DNA of 47,865 nucleotides, taken from Shigella phage Henu10. Shown in pieces: positions 28,063 to 36,684 of the stretch. The notes below the pieces were generated by a model. It was not told the DNA's origin and made no database searches. It saw nothing but the letters and a program-made list of their open reading frames with translations. A program made the position numbers and the translations under genes. The stretch lies in the sequence record OQ791282. The stretch is one strand, 5' to 3'. Numbering within the stretch: the first letter of the stretch is position 1; every line of letters starts with the position of its first letter.

Positions 28063-28355
28063 ATATCTTTTACAAATTGTCCGTTAATCATTTTTCCTGT
28101 CCTTTTGCTTATTACATCGTATGCACTTTGTACGCAGTCTATAAAGTTCAGATTCTGCATCTCACATTGAATAATTAGCGTAACTACTATATCTCCTATT
28201 GCATCTTTTATTTCTGTTCCATCATCATCTGCAATAGCTGTGAGTAGTTCTGTACATTCTTCTAATGTTTTGAGTGCTTGTTTTGTGGGCGTTGCTTTAG
28301 CTAGTATTCCCTTGTCGTCAGCCCATTGTTTGATTTGTTTGATTAGTTTTTCCAT
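28059..28355 (-). CDS. MazG-like nucleotide pyrophosphohydrolase
   Basis: LKTLEECTELLTAIADDDGTEIKDAIGDIVVTLII matches the MazG helical EExxE/D motif region. Confidence 0.55.
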   Translation of the reverse strand: MEKLIKQIKQWADDKGILAKATPTKQALKTLEECTELLTAIADDDGTEIKDAIGDIVVTLIIQCEMQNLNFIDCVQSAYDVISKRTGKMINGQFVKDI

Positions 28356-28461
28356 AATTTTTACTTTTTGTCATTTCTAATTGATAAATAAAATACTGTA
28401 ACAATAGCTGCACAGCCAATTATATTCATTATTACTGCTTCTAAATTTTCTCCTATTTCAA

Positions 28462-28779
28462 TCATTGTTTATTGTTTTTTAAAAAATCGTAAAGTTCATC
28501 AGGTGTTTTCAGATGTATCTTTTTATTTTCGTGTAAAATACACAGTTGCTTATTTCCGAAATCTGTTTCCCAACAGAACCACCCTATGTAATCGTATTTA
28601 TCATTCATTTCTTCTTGTAGGATTTTCAGTAGCATATTAGATAAATAGTGATTTTTGGGCATTAAGTCGTTTTCACTTACATCAGTAAAAACCTTACTTA
28701 AATTTTCAGCTACTTCCTTATCGTATTCGTATTGTTTCTTTATAGCCTCAATGGCTTTTATAAATGTTTGTTTTTGCAT
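28462..28779 (-). CDS. Hypothetical protein
   Basis: 105-aa ORF. Confidence 0.4.
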   Translation of the reverse strand: MQKQTFIKAIEAIKKQYEYDKEVAENLSKVFTDVSENDLMPKNHYLSNMLLKILQEEMNDKYDYIGWFCWETDFGNKQLCILHENKKIHLKTPDELYDFLKNNKQ

Positions 28780-28943
28780 AGCTGTTGTTTTAATTGTTGT
28801 ATTTGGTTATCGTTGTCTATGATTTTTTTTCTAAGCTCCTTGTATTTCTCTAATACTTTCTTTTTATGCCCTTCATAAAGTTGTTTCATATACCGTAGCT
28901 CTTCTAGCTTTTCGCGTATTGCTTCTTTGTCCCTGGCATTCAA
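28758..28943 (-). CDS. Hypothetical coiled-coil protein
   Basis: 61-aa basic helical ORF. Confidence 0.3.
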   Translation of the reverse strand: MNARDKEAIREKLEELRYMKQLYEGHKKKVLEKYKELRKKIIDNDNQIQQLKQQLCKNKHL

Positions 28944-28999
28944 TTCTCTTAGGGTGGGGGGGTTATGTTTAGATAGTTCTGTATCATTTAATTATAGTT

Positions 29000-29812
29000 T
29001 TAAAAATTGCAAACACACTTGTTTTCTTCAAAGTTTAGCTCTCCTGTAAAAGGGAGCTTAGAAAGCTCTACTAAATCGTCAATACTTTTATGACCTCTAA
29101 AAGAGGTATTGCCATATTTCCCCTCCATTTTTCTATACCAGTCTATAAAACGAGTTCCCTTTCGGATAACATCTATTAGATTGGCGTCAGATTTTTTCCA
29201 ACATAGTTCGCAGTTTCCATACTTGTTGTGTATTTCCAACTTGAATGGCTGACTATCCCAAAATTTATTTAGTTCCATTTGTCCTATTGGAAATTGAAAA
29301 TCAGTCAAAAGTGGAAATATCCTTATTTTGTCTTCCTTGATTTCTGCCCAACTTATTCGCTTGGGCATATCTTCTTTACGAAATCCAATAGCTTTTAAGT
29401 AACTATTCACACCGAAAATATCATCTGCAATTTTTTTAGCAGGTAATGTTTTAAGCATTTCGCTACAAAAAGGGGCTTCAAGGTTGGGCATACCATTAAA
29501 TGCTCCTTTATTTTTGTGTGCAATAGCATTCTCAAATGGTTTAGCAGTCATATCTAAGTTATCCCAATCTACTAGCTTGTAACTAACCCCAACACCCATT
29601 TCTGATGAATATACGCCTTCAATTTTAACAAGTGGAATATTCCAATGCTTCTCTATATTTTTGAGAAAATCTATCGTCTCTGGTCGCTCCATTCCTGTAT
29701 TGCAGAAAACAAACAACTTATTGTAATCCTTATATTTTTCGGATACTTGGATATGTCGTGCCATCATAGCGGAACTTCTCCCTCCAGACACTGTTATTAT
29801 TAAATTTTTCAT
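29000..29812 (-). CDS. PP-loop ATPase (PAPS reductase-like) with C-terminal Cys cluster
   Basis: N-terminal IITVSGGRSSAMMARH PP-loop; C-terminal CELCW...C.C cysteines. Confidence 0.55.
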   Translation of the reverse strand: MKNLIITVSGGRSSAMMARHIQVSEKYKDYNKLFVFCNTGMERPETIDFLKNIEKHWNIPLVKIEGVYSSEMGVGVSYKLVDWDNLDMTAKPFENAIAHKNKGAFNGMPNLEAPFCSEMLKTLPAKKIADDIFGVNSYLKAIGFRKEDMPKRISWAEIKEDKIRIFPLLTDFQFPIGQMELNKFWDSQPFKLEIHNKYGNCELCWKKSDANLIDVIRKGTRFIDWYRKMEGKYGNTSFRGHKSIDDLVELSKLPFTGELNFEENKCVCNF

Positions 29813-29837
29813 AGTTTTTCTGGTAACACATTTTGCT

Positions 29838-30125
29838 TTATGAATTCACAATGATAGCTTCTACTCCTGCAACAGCTTCTGGTTTTAATTCCAAAAAGTC
29901 TGTGCCTATTTGGTTGGCTTTGTTTTTACATATTTCTGCTAAATCCTTGTTGATTTCGCAGAAAAGAACCTCCTTAGCTCCGTACTCTTTCAGATAATCT
30001 ATAATATTACCTTTTCCTGCACTTGGCTCTAAAATAGTTTTGTTATTTACATCTAACTCCATAAGGTCTAAAACCTCTCTAGGAGTAGGGTAAAAGTCTT
30101 GGTTGAATAGGTTTTGGTATTTCAT
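29838..30125 (-). CDS. SAM-dependent N6-adenine DNA methyltransferase-like N-terminal fragment
   Basis: FYPTPREVLDLM followed by ILEPSAGKGN resembles motif X and motif I of gamma-class amino-methyltransferases; ORF stops (…AIIVNS) before any NPPY-type catalytic motif. Confidence 0.4.
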   Translation of the reverse strand: MKYQNLFNQDFYPTPREVLDLMELDVNNKTILEPSAGKGNIIDYLKEYGAKEVLFCEINKDLAEICKNKANQIGTDFLELKPEAVAGVEAIIVNS

Positions 30126-30234
30126 TTTGCTTTTTTATTAGGATTATTTCTTCTCTTGGGCTTTTGCTCTAGGCTTTGCCCTCTTTTCAGAAAGACCACA
30201 GGTCTATTGAGTTTCTTGGCTTCTTCTAATACCT

Positions 30235-30558
30235 CTAAGGCTTTTCTTCGTTGCTCCTTGCTTCGTTGGAGTGTAATTCCTTCCATTCTTTGGTGTCTTT
30301 TATGGTTAGTATTTCTTTTGGGAATTTCTTTTGTTTTTCAAGCTCTACAAAGTTTTTCAGTTCTTCGCTAAAAACTGTTTTCTTTTTAGCTAACTCGGCA
30401 ATCATTTTGAGTGGGAGGGAGGGGGCTTTAACCTTGCAATCTCTGCTCTCAGTTGTATATTTTCTATCGAAAGCCGTTTTATCATCGTGAATAAGTCTTT
30501 GGTTTGGTAATTCACTTGTTCTGATATTTGCTGTATTTGCTGTATTCCTTTGTACCAT
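30235..30558 (-). CDS. Hypothetical protein (overlaps 30402..30803 in another frame)
   Basis: ORF track only. Confidence 0.25.
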   Translation of the reverse strand: MVQRNTANTANIRTSELPNQRLIHDDKTAFDRKYTTESRDCKVKAPSLPLKMIAELAKKKTVFSEELKNFVELEKQKKFPKEILTIKDTKEWKELHSNEARSNEEKP

Positions 30559-30803
30559 TTTGTTTTTTTTAGTTTTTCTAATCCTTTAAGACCTTCTTCT
30601 GGACTTAAAGGGTGTTTTTGTAACACTTTCAAATCACATTCAGAGAGGTATTTATGAGACCAATCTGTAATGAATCTTATTTTATCACTCATCAACTTCT
30701 GATAATGAACATCTGTTACACTTTCTGTTTTTGCGTTGGCGTCCATTACAAAGTTTATGAACGCTTCTTTCACTTCGTCAGAAAGGCATCTCGTCTGTTT
30801 CAT
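30402..30803 (-). CDS. Hypothetical protein
   Basis: 133-aa ORF immediately downstream of helicase gene. Confidence 0.35.
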   Translation of the reverse strand: MKQTRCLSDEVKEAFINFVMDANAKTESVTDVHYQKLMSDKIRFITDWSHKYLSECDLKVLQKHPLSPEEGLKGLEKLKKTKWYKGIQQIQQISEQVNYQTKDLFTMIKRLSIENIQLRAEIARLKPPPSHSK

Positions 30804-31833
30804 AATTTATTGTATTAAATGCTTCACTTGGAGTGGTTCTAAATTCTTCTATTTTAAACTCTTGATTGGGTCTTCTGTCCTTGAACTTTGTGCATTGTGC
30901 AAACTGCACTTTGTCGTCAAACATCTCATAATATCGTCTGCTTCTCCAATCGTAGTAAATGGAGTAAATCCCCCATTTAGCAACCCCTTCAGGCTTAATT
31001 TTCAGGATATGTATATTTGTCTGATTTTCGGCTACATACTCCTCGTCTCCCTCTGGGTTTTCGTTTGGCTCTGGTCTATGGACTAAAATTTGCAACATCG
31101 CTTTTCTGTTGTTATTTTTTCCTCCATAGAACTCGTCAGCTAAAGCTGTGAGTTTTATTCTCTTTCCGCTTTTGGTTGTTACTTTAGCCGTCTCCGCCAC
31201 ATGGTTCACTATGATGTCGAACCTGTTATTTTCCTCTGCTTCTAAATTTATTCTGTTCAATACTCTAAGCACCTCACTCGCTTTAGGCTCAAAGTCGTCT
31301 ATATCGTAAATGGGGTCTATCACAAGGCAGTCAAACTTTATCCCATAATTAGCCTCCGCCATTGCTAACTCTTTGTAGATGTTATCTAGCTTCTGATAGG
31401 AGGTATCTTTTCTATCTTGCTTGAAAATATACAAGTGTCTTAAAATAAACTCTTCTGCCTCTGCTACTTCCTCATCTGTCATAGCGTACTTGTTGGGCTT
31501 TCCATCTGGTCTGACTTTAGTGTATGGCTTACCTTGATACATTCCGCAAAACTGCGTGAAAACTTTCTCTACATCTCCGCTTTCTGTGGTAAATAAAGCC
31601 ACTTTGAAATGGTGCTTTTCAATAAGCTGCATTACCATTTCGTTAGTTACTTGTGATTTACCGTGATTGGGTTCGCCACCTATTAGCAAAGTACATTTCC
31701 TGCTTCCCATTAACCATTTTCCATTGTTAAAGTCATTCCAAGTTTCAAACGAAAAATAGACTGGGTCTATCTCTCCCTTTGTGCGGAGTTTTCGCATCTG
31801 TGAATGAACCGAAGCTAAGTCTATAAACGCCAT
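30778..31833 (-). CDS. DnaB-like / RecA-fold replicative ATPase-helicase
   Basis: Walker A LLIGGEPNHGKSQ and Walker B FDCLVIDPIYDIDD. Confidence 0.6.
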   Translation of the reverse strand: MAFIDLASVHSQMRKLRTKGEIDPVYFSFETWNDFNNGKWLMGSRKCTLLIGGEPNHGKSQVTNEMVMQLIEKHHFKVALFTTESGDVEKVFTQFCGMYQGKPYTKVRPDGKPNKYAMTDEEVAEAEEFILRHLYIFKQDRKDTSYQKLDNIYKELAMAEANYGIKFDCLVIDPIYDIDDFEPKASEVLRVLNRINLEAEENNRFDIIVNHVAETAKVTTKSGKRIKLTALADEFYGGKNNNRKAMLQILVHRPEPNENPEGDEEYVAENQTNIHILKIKPEGVAKWGIYSIYYDWRSRRYYEMFDDKVQFAQCTKFKDRRPNQEFKIEEFRTTPSEAFNTINYETDEMPF

Positions 31834-31845
31834 AATTCTAATTTT

Positions 31846-32622
31846 TTAAACGCTCCAAATTCCGTAAGTCTTCTTCTTTTCTGTGGCTTTTTGAGAGGTT
31901 GTATTTTTGTACTTGTCTAGGGTTACGGGACGGCTAAAAAATTCAGGTGTTAGGTATTTATAGCCTTGTTCCATATGGTATTTGTCCTTTACCGCATTTT
32001 CGATAGCCTCCAGTATATCCTCTTTTGTGTAGCCTTCTTTCAATCTAGCCTTGTACTTTCTCTTTATTTGGTCGTTTATCGTTTTAAACTTGCGTTTTGT
32101 TTTGTCGCTTATGAAGTTTAATAGCTTTTCAAAGTCTATATCGTTATTGGGCTTCGCTTTTCCCTCTTCTTCCAAATCCGAAAGAGACCCTTTTGGTTCT
32201 TTTTCTAAAAGAACATTTAGTTTAGTTTTATTTAGTTTATTGTTAGTATCAGAAACTGTATCAAGAACCGTATCAGAAACCGTGTCAATATCTGTATCAG
32301 AAACTGTATCAAGAACCGTGTCAGCTGTTGATACAGTTGGAAAAACATATTTAGTTTGTCCGTCTATTCCCTTGCTTCTTTTTTGCGGTGTTTTAAAGTC
32401 AATAAGTCCTAATTGCATCAATCTATTTCTAGCATCTCTAACAGTATTAACTGACATTCCAAGTGCGATACTTAAATGTCTGTCGGAATGCCCAAAGGGT
32501 TGCTTCCAGCCCAACGAATTACAAGTATGCAACAGATAGAAGTATAATCTTGTGTCGTTAGGGCTGATGCAACGCTCTAAGTTGCATTGCCAAAATTTGT
32601 TTATGAGAACTATATAATTCAT
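31846..32622 (-). CDS. Replication initiation protein (N-terminal HTH, repeat linker, conserved phage C-terminal domain)
   Basis: Peptide repeats DTVLDTVSDTDIDTVSDTVLDTVSDT encoded by iteron-like DNA repeats; C-terminal region resembles conserved phage replication-protein C-terminal domains. Confidence 0.5.
   Translation of the reverse strand: MNYIVLINKFWQCNLERCISPNDTRLYFYLLHTCNSLGWKQPFGHSDRHLSIALGMSVNTVRDARNRLMQLGLIDFKTPQKRSKGIDGQTKYVFPTVSTADTVLDTVSDTDIDTVSDTVLDTVSDTNNKLNKTKLNVLLEKEPKGSLSDLEEEGKAKPNNDIDFEKLLNFISDKTKRKFKTINDQIKRKYKARLKEGYTKEDILEAIENAVKDKYHMEQGYKYLTPEFFSRPVTLDKYKNTTSQKATEKKKTYGIWSV
32246..32336. repeat. Iteron-like direct repeats (putative origin) inside replication gene
   Basis: GTATCAGAAACTGTATCAAGAACCGT at 32246..32271 and 32294..32319, plus further GTATCA-type units and an inverted TGATAC. 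Confidence 0.5.
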
Positions 32623-32645
32623 ATTTTTTTATTTCCTATCGTGGC

Positions 32646-32837
32646 TTAAAGTACCTTTACCTTTCCATTTTTTTCTTTATACTTAACTTCTGTATTTATT
32701 ATCTCGTACTTCCCATTTGGCAGTCTATTGACCGCTCTTATCTTAGCGGTGAGGGTGTTTTTCTTTTTCTTTTTTGAAATGAGTACCATTTGTTTTTTCT
32801 TTTGCTTCTCTGATTGCCTCTGTGATATTTTTCGCAT
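32646..32837 (-). CDS. Hypothetical basic protein
   Basis: 63-aa ORF. Confidence 0.3.
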   Translation of the reverse strand: MRKISQRQSEKQKKKQMVLISKKKKKNTLTAKIRAVNRLPNGKYEIINTEVKYKEKNGKVKVL

Positions 32838-32925
32838 CTAGGTAAATGGTCCTCTCGCTATTCCAAATGAAAAAAGTGGTACCCATTTTACCTAGATTAA
32901 AATTACTCCCTTCTATTTTCATTAG

Positions 32926-33222
32926 TTAGAAAGGCAAATCGTCGTCGTCCTGAAAATCATCGGCATTTGCTTCCTGTATTTTAGGTGTTGATTTTCTTAG
33001 ATTTCCGATGAATACAGATTTTATATTATCCTTATGATATTCTTCTTTTAATGGAGAGGATATAGAACCGTCATTTTCGTATTTGTCAGGTTCATCATTG
33101 ATATATACATTGACATTGATATATCGTGTTCCGTTTTCGTGTTTAAAAGTTTTTAGTTTACCTGATTTAAGATTTTCTAATAGTTTGTCGTAGTTAATAC
33201 TACCGTAAAATGATTGTACCAT
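32926..33222 (-). CDS. Small protein with SSB-type acidic C-terminal tail (DDDDLPF)
   Basis: C-terminus ...DDFQDDDDLPF resembles the SSB C-terminal interaction tip (E. coli SSB ends DDDIPF). Confidence 0.4.
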   Translation of the reverse strand: MVQSFYGSINYDKLLENLKSGKLKTFKHENGTRYINVNVYINDEPDKYENDGSISSPLKEEYHKDNIKSVFIGNLRKSTPKIQEANADDFQDDDDLPF

Positions 33223-33246
33223 TGGTTTTTATATTTTTAAAAATTA

Positions 33247-34005
33247 TTATTCAATTACTAAATAGCCTTCTCTTTCGTTTTTATAAATGAGACCTTTCCA
33301 CGCTAATAGATTGCTCTTGTCTTTAAATCTTGTAATTCTATGGTCGTTCATTGCTAAATCCATATACTCTACATCTGTAATTAAAGGTGCTTCTTCTAAG
33401 TGCGATTTTATTGTGTCTCTCATCTCAAAAAAGGTTTTTGCTCGTTCCTTAATCTCTGTTTGAAATTCTATATCTGCATCAAATTCTTTGATATGGTATC
33501 TTTGGTCTAATGGAATATCAAACTCTATTTTGTTGCCCCATTCGTCCATAACATTAGAGGTAAGGTAATAGACTAAATACCCTTTGTTAAATCCCGTCGC
33601 TAACATTTGCATCTGGACTTGTGCTAAGTAGTAGGCAGGTACTTTATCAATATTTTGTTTAAAAGTGTATATAGTGTATGGACATTTTATATCCATACAA
33701 TAATTGTCTATGGGGTTAATTACATCAGGAGTAGCCCATAATCCTTTGTCTATTTCAAAACTAACATCTGACTGATAAACAGTATTTTGAAAATTAGGCT
33801 GTATAATTACATTATAGGCTTCTTCTTCATTAAAAATGCCGTGTTGCATTGCTGTTGTTGTAAGATGTTTTTTTTGACCTAAAATCAACTCTAAGGCTTT
33901 TTCGTAAGCAAGGGTTTGAGCGGTCTTTGCCTTTAGCCCTTGTTGGGTAAATAACGCTCCAATTTCAGAAGCTCCAAGTCCTCCAAGTTTGTTTATTTCT
34001 TCCAT
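33247..34005 (-). CDS. YqaJ-like recombination exonuclease
   Basis: N-terminal GGLGASEIGALF motif; paired with ERF gene upstream. Confidence 0.6.
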   Translation of the reverse strand: MEEINKLGGLGASEIGALFTQQGLKAKTAQTLAYEKALELILGQKKHLTTTAMQHGIFNEEEAYNVIIQPNFQNTVYQSDVSFEIDKGLWATPDVINPIDNYCMDIKCPYTIYTFKQNIDKVPAYYLAQVQMQMLATGFNKGYLVYYLTSNVMDEWGNKIEFDIPLDQRYHIKEFDADIEFQTEIKERAKTFFEMRDTIKSHLEEAPLITDVEYMDLAMNDHRITRFKDKSNLLAWKGLIYKNEREGYLVIE

Positions 34006-34577
34006 TAGTTAATTCCTAATTTTTTGAGTTCAGCTTCTGTTTCTTTGGATACCTTGTATTTTTTTCTAATATCGCTAACTGTAAATGTTTTACCTTCGTC
34101 TATGCTTGATACTAATTTAGCCCATTGTTCTGTGTCTTTATTTAGCCACATTGCAGGCTCATTTGCTTTTTGTATCTTGGGTTTCGTGTCTAATACTTGC
34201 TTGTGTTCGTTAGTGTCAGCGTCTTTAGTATCATCTATTAAAAACAAACCATTTAAAGCATATTTGCGTGCATAAGATGACGACGCACCGAATGTTTGTG
34301 ATATATCCATTCCTTTTTTTGTGGGGTCAATACCAGCTTGAGCTTTTACGGATATTTGTGTGTTTTTATCACTAATTGTCGCTGTTGCCTCGCAATAAAT
34401 AATATCACCTATTTGCTTTATTTCATCGGTAATAACTAATGTGCAATCGTGTTTTAGTAATATTGGCTTTAAAGCCTCCAATATATCCTCACAACTTCTG
34501 TACTTGTATTTACCAAAGCTATTATATTGCCCTTTTGGGGCTTTTAGCTCTGATTGTATTTTGATGAGTTTTTCCAT
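34005..34577 (-). CDS. ERF-family single-strand annealing protein
   Basis: N-terminal region FGKYKYRSCEDILEALKP typical of ERF. Confidence 0.6.
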   Translation of the reverse strand: MEKLIKIQSELKAPKGQYNSFGKYKYRSCEDILEALKPILLKHDCTLVITDEIKQIGDIIYCEATATISDKNTQISVKAQAGIDPTKKGMDISQTFGASSSYARKYALNGLFLIDDTKDADTNEHKQVLDTKPKIQKANEPAMWLNKDTEQWAKLVSSIDEGKTFTVSDIRKKYKVSKETEAELKKLGIN

Positions 34578-34691
34578 TTTGTATATTTTTAATTGTTGAT
34601 TTTGTTTCTTGGGGGTTACGAAAAAATGCCGTAACCTTTCTTAACAGGCAATAGCCATAGGTAGTAACCTATTCGTTTTGCCTTTTGGGTT

Positions 34692-34877
34692 TTATATTGT
34701 TTTATCCTCGCTTTCATCTCTGAAAAAGTTTGTGATTTCTTGCTCTTTTACATTCATAAAAAGGCTTATCAATAAAAGCCCTACCGCAGACATCAAAGCC
34801 ATTGTATCGTGGCTTTCTGATACGGCGAAAGCGTAAATAATCGCCGTTACTGTTGTTATTTTTGATAGTGTTTTCAT
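34692..34877 (-). CDS. Small membrane protein
   Basis: 61 aa with two hydrophobic segments. Confidence 0.3.
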   Translation of the reverse strand: MKTLSKITTVTAIIYAFAVSESHDTMALMSAVGLLLISLFMNVKEQEITNFFRDESEDKTI

Positions 34878-34973
34878 TTTTTGGACTTTTTAAAGAAGTA
34901 GTCTAGTATATCTTTCTCAAACTCGGTGGCTTCTTGGTATTTTTTACCGTTGATAAGCCAATAGCCGTTTTGA

Positions 34974-35288
34974 TTATTTATTTTTATTAAAGTCATTTTT
35001 TAGGTCTGCTAGATGATACTCTAGTTCTAGGTCTTCTTCTTGGTTTTCGTATAGCTTTTGTTTCGCTATATTTACCCAGCCTTTTTGGGCTTCTTCTGAC
35101 ATTTGGAGGTCTTTTAGGCAAAGATTTTCATCTGTGATATTTACCTCTCCAAATTCATCTACTGTTACTAAAACAGTGTCGTCTTCGTCTATTGCGAACC
35201 ATACGGTAGGGGTAGTATTTCTACCCTCGTAATTGAACCCAAAATCGTTAAATTTTAAGGTTTCTAAGTTTTGTTGTATCTTTGCCAT
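34974..35288 (-). CDS. Hypothetical acidic protein
   Basis: 104-aa ORF. Confidence 0.4.
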   Translation of the reverse strand: MAKIQQNLETLKFNDFGFNYEGRNTTPTVWFAIDEDDTVLVTVDEFGEVNITDENLCLKDLQMSEEAQKGWVNIAKQKLYENQEEDLELEYHLADLKNDFNKNK

Positions 35289-35343
35289 ACTTTTGATTTT
35301 TTAAGGATTTAACATTCTTATTAAACTTGCTCTCTAATTGCCG

Positions 35344-35553
35344 TTAGAGGGCTTTTTTTCTTCTTTTTCTCTTTGGTTTTGGATATATTTTATACCTTTC
35401 TTTGGAATCAAACATAGCGTGCAACCTCTTCTTTCTACTTTCTTTGCTTTCCGCTACCCCTAACATCCAGCGATGAATTTTCTCTGTCTCTTTAGGGTCG
35501 CACACTAATGTTAATTGTGTTCTAAATATTGGTATAAGTTGCTCTGCTGTCAT
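35344..35553 (-). CDS. Hypothetical protein with basic C-terminus
   Basis: 69 aa; start overlaps stop of Cro-like ORF (ATGA). Confidence 0.4.
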   Translation of the reverse strand: MTAEQLIPIFRTQLTLVCDPKETEKIHRWMLGVAESKESRKKRLHAMFDSKERYKIYPKPKRKRRKKAL

Positions 35554-35729
35554 ATCTCAATCTCGTCTATTTCTTTTTTTAAACATTCTTTTGCTCTTTT
35601 TCTAATGTTCTTTGCAAGTTCACTCTCTGTGAAATATTTTAGAGCGTTAGTAATAGTCTGTTGAGTTACCCCAAACTCTTCTCTTAAGATTTTGTGATAT
35701 TTACTTGGTAGGCTTATTCTTTTTTTCAT
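35550..35729 (-). CDS. Cro-like HTH regulator (59 aa, below ORF-track cutoff)
   Basis: Translation MKKRISLPSKYHKILREEFGVTQQTITNALKYFTESELAKNIRKRAKECLKKEIDEIEI; first gene of the leftward early operon, divergent from the CI-like gene. Confidence 0.5.
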   Translation of the reverse strand: MKKRISLPSKYHKILREEFGVTQQTITNALKYFTESELAKNIRKRAKECLKKEIDEIEI

Positions 35730-35746
35730 AACTTTAACCCGTTAAA

Positions 35747-35809
35747 TTGATAGTGCAAATATAATACAAAATTGTATTATATAAAAATAATAATGATACA
35801 ATTCTGTAT
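35747..35809. promoter_or_regulatory. Early promoter/operator region
   Basis: Minus-strand TATATTTG (35763..35756) inside the 19-mer TTGATAGTGCAAATATAAT, also present at 40704..40722; inverted repeats ATACAA-N2-TTGTAT (35764..35777) and ATACA-N4-TGTAT (35796..35809). Confidence 0.5.
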
Positions 35810-35848
35810 TAAACAATTTAATTAACTGAAAATCAATATTAAAAATTT

Positions 35849-36415
35849 ATGAGAAGCTTTAGATTAAGCATTATTTCCTTAGTAATTTCTCTAATCGCTA
35901 TTTCTTTGGTGTATTTTAGACCTAGCCCTATTGAAATAGATATGTTTAATTCTATCATTACCATTCTGGCTCTTCTCATAACCTTACTAATAGGATATCA
36001 GATTTTCCAAATAATTGATTTTAAGCAAGAAAAAACCAACTTATTAAATGAAGTTGATAAAAAATTTAAGGCTACCCAAGAAGAGTTTGATAAGTCTATG
36101 CTAGAGATGAAAGGGGCAAATACAGTAATGTACAGCCATTTTTTTCAGTATTATATGGAGGGACAAAATGATTATGGTGTACTTTCCACATTTTCTGATA
36201 TTGTAATAAATAACTCACATAATGAAGATTTGTGCAAAGTAATGCTAAGAGCTGTTTTAGAATATACAGAAACGGGAATAACATTTAAACACGAATATGA
36301 ACAGAAAGAAATAATGAAATTATTTGAAGCAAAATCTATAGATTTTTTAAAAGCAATAGACAAAGAAAAATTTGAACTATTAAGAGAACGACTAGATATG
36401 TCATCAATTCGTTAG
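35849..36415 (+). CDS. Membrane protein (superinfection-exclusion candidate)
   Basis: Two N-terminal transmembrane helices; sits between the cro-like and cI-like genes. Confidence 0.4.
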   Translation: MRSFRLSIISLVISLIAISLVYFRPSPIEIDMFNSIITILALLITLLIGYQIFQIIDFKQEKTNLLNEVDKKFKATQEEFDKSMLEMKGANTVMYSHFFQYYMEGQNDYGVLSTFSDIVINNSHNEDLCKVMLRAVLEYTETGITFKHEYEQKEIMKLFEAKSIDFLKAIDKEKFELLRERLDMSSIR

Positions 36416-36684
36416 ATGATTTTGACTGTTCAGTGTTATTTACTAGCGAAGTGTTATTTTCTTTGGTATGAATGGGTGTATTTTTATCAAGAAGTAAAGA
36501 ACGAAAGATTGTTTCTTTAACAATATTTGAAGCTCTTTCTTGGTGTATTTTGGCTACAATTTTTTTTGATAGCTCATTTGATAAGAGAGCTTTATCATAT
36601 TTCTCTTCGTTGATTGCTTTGTAAATAATTTCTAAATCGTTCATATTAGCAATGTTTAGGATGTTAAAATAATAATACAAATAT

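Noticed and set aside
36336-36680. 114-aa minus-strand ORF abutting the CI-like gene start
   Set aside because: It overlaps the 3' end of the 35849..36415 membrane protein gene and would leave only 4 bp for the cI promoter region; AT-rich low-complexity translation. Unresolved, so not called.
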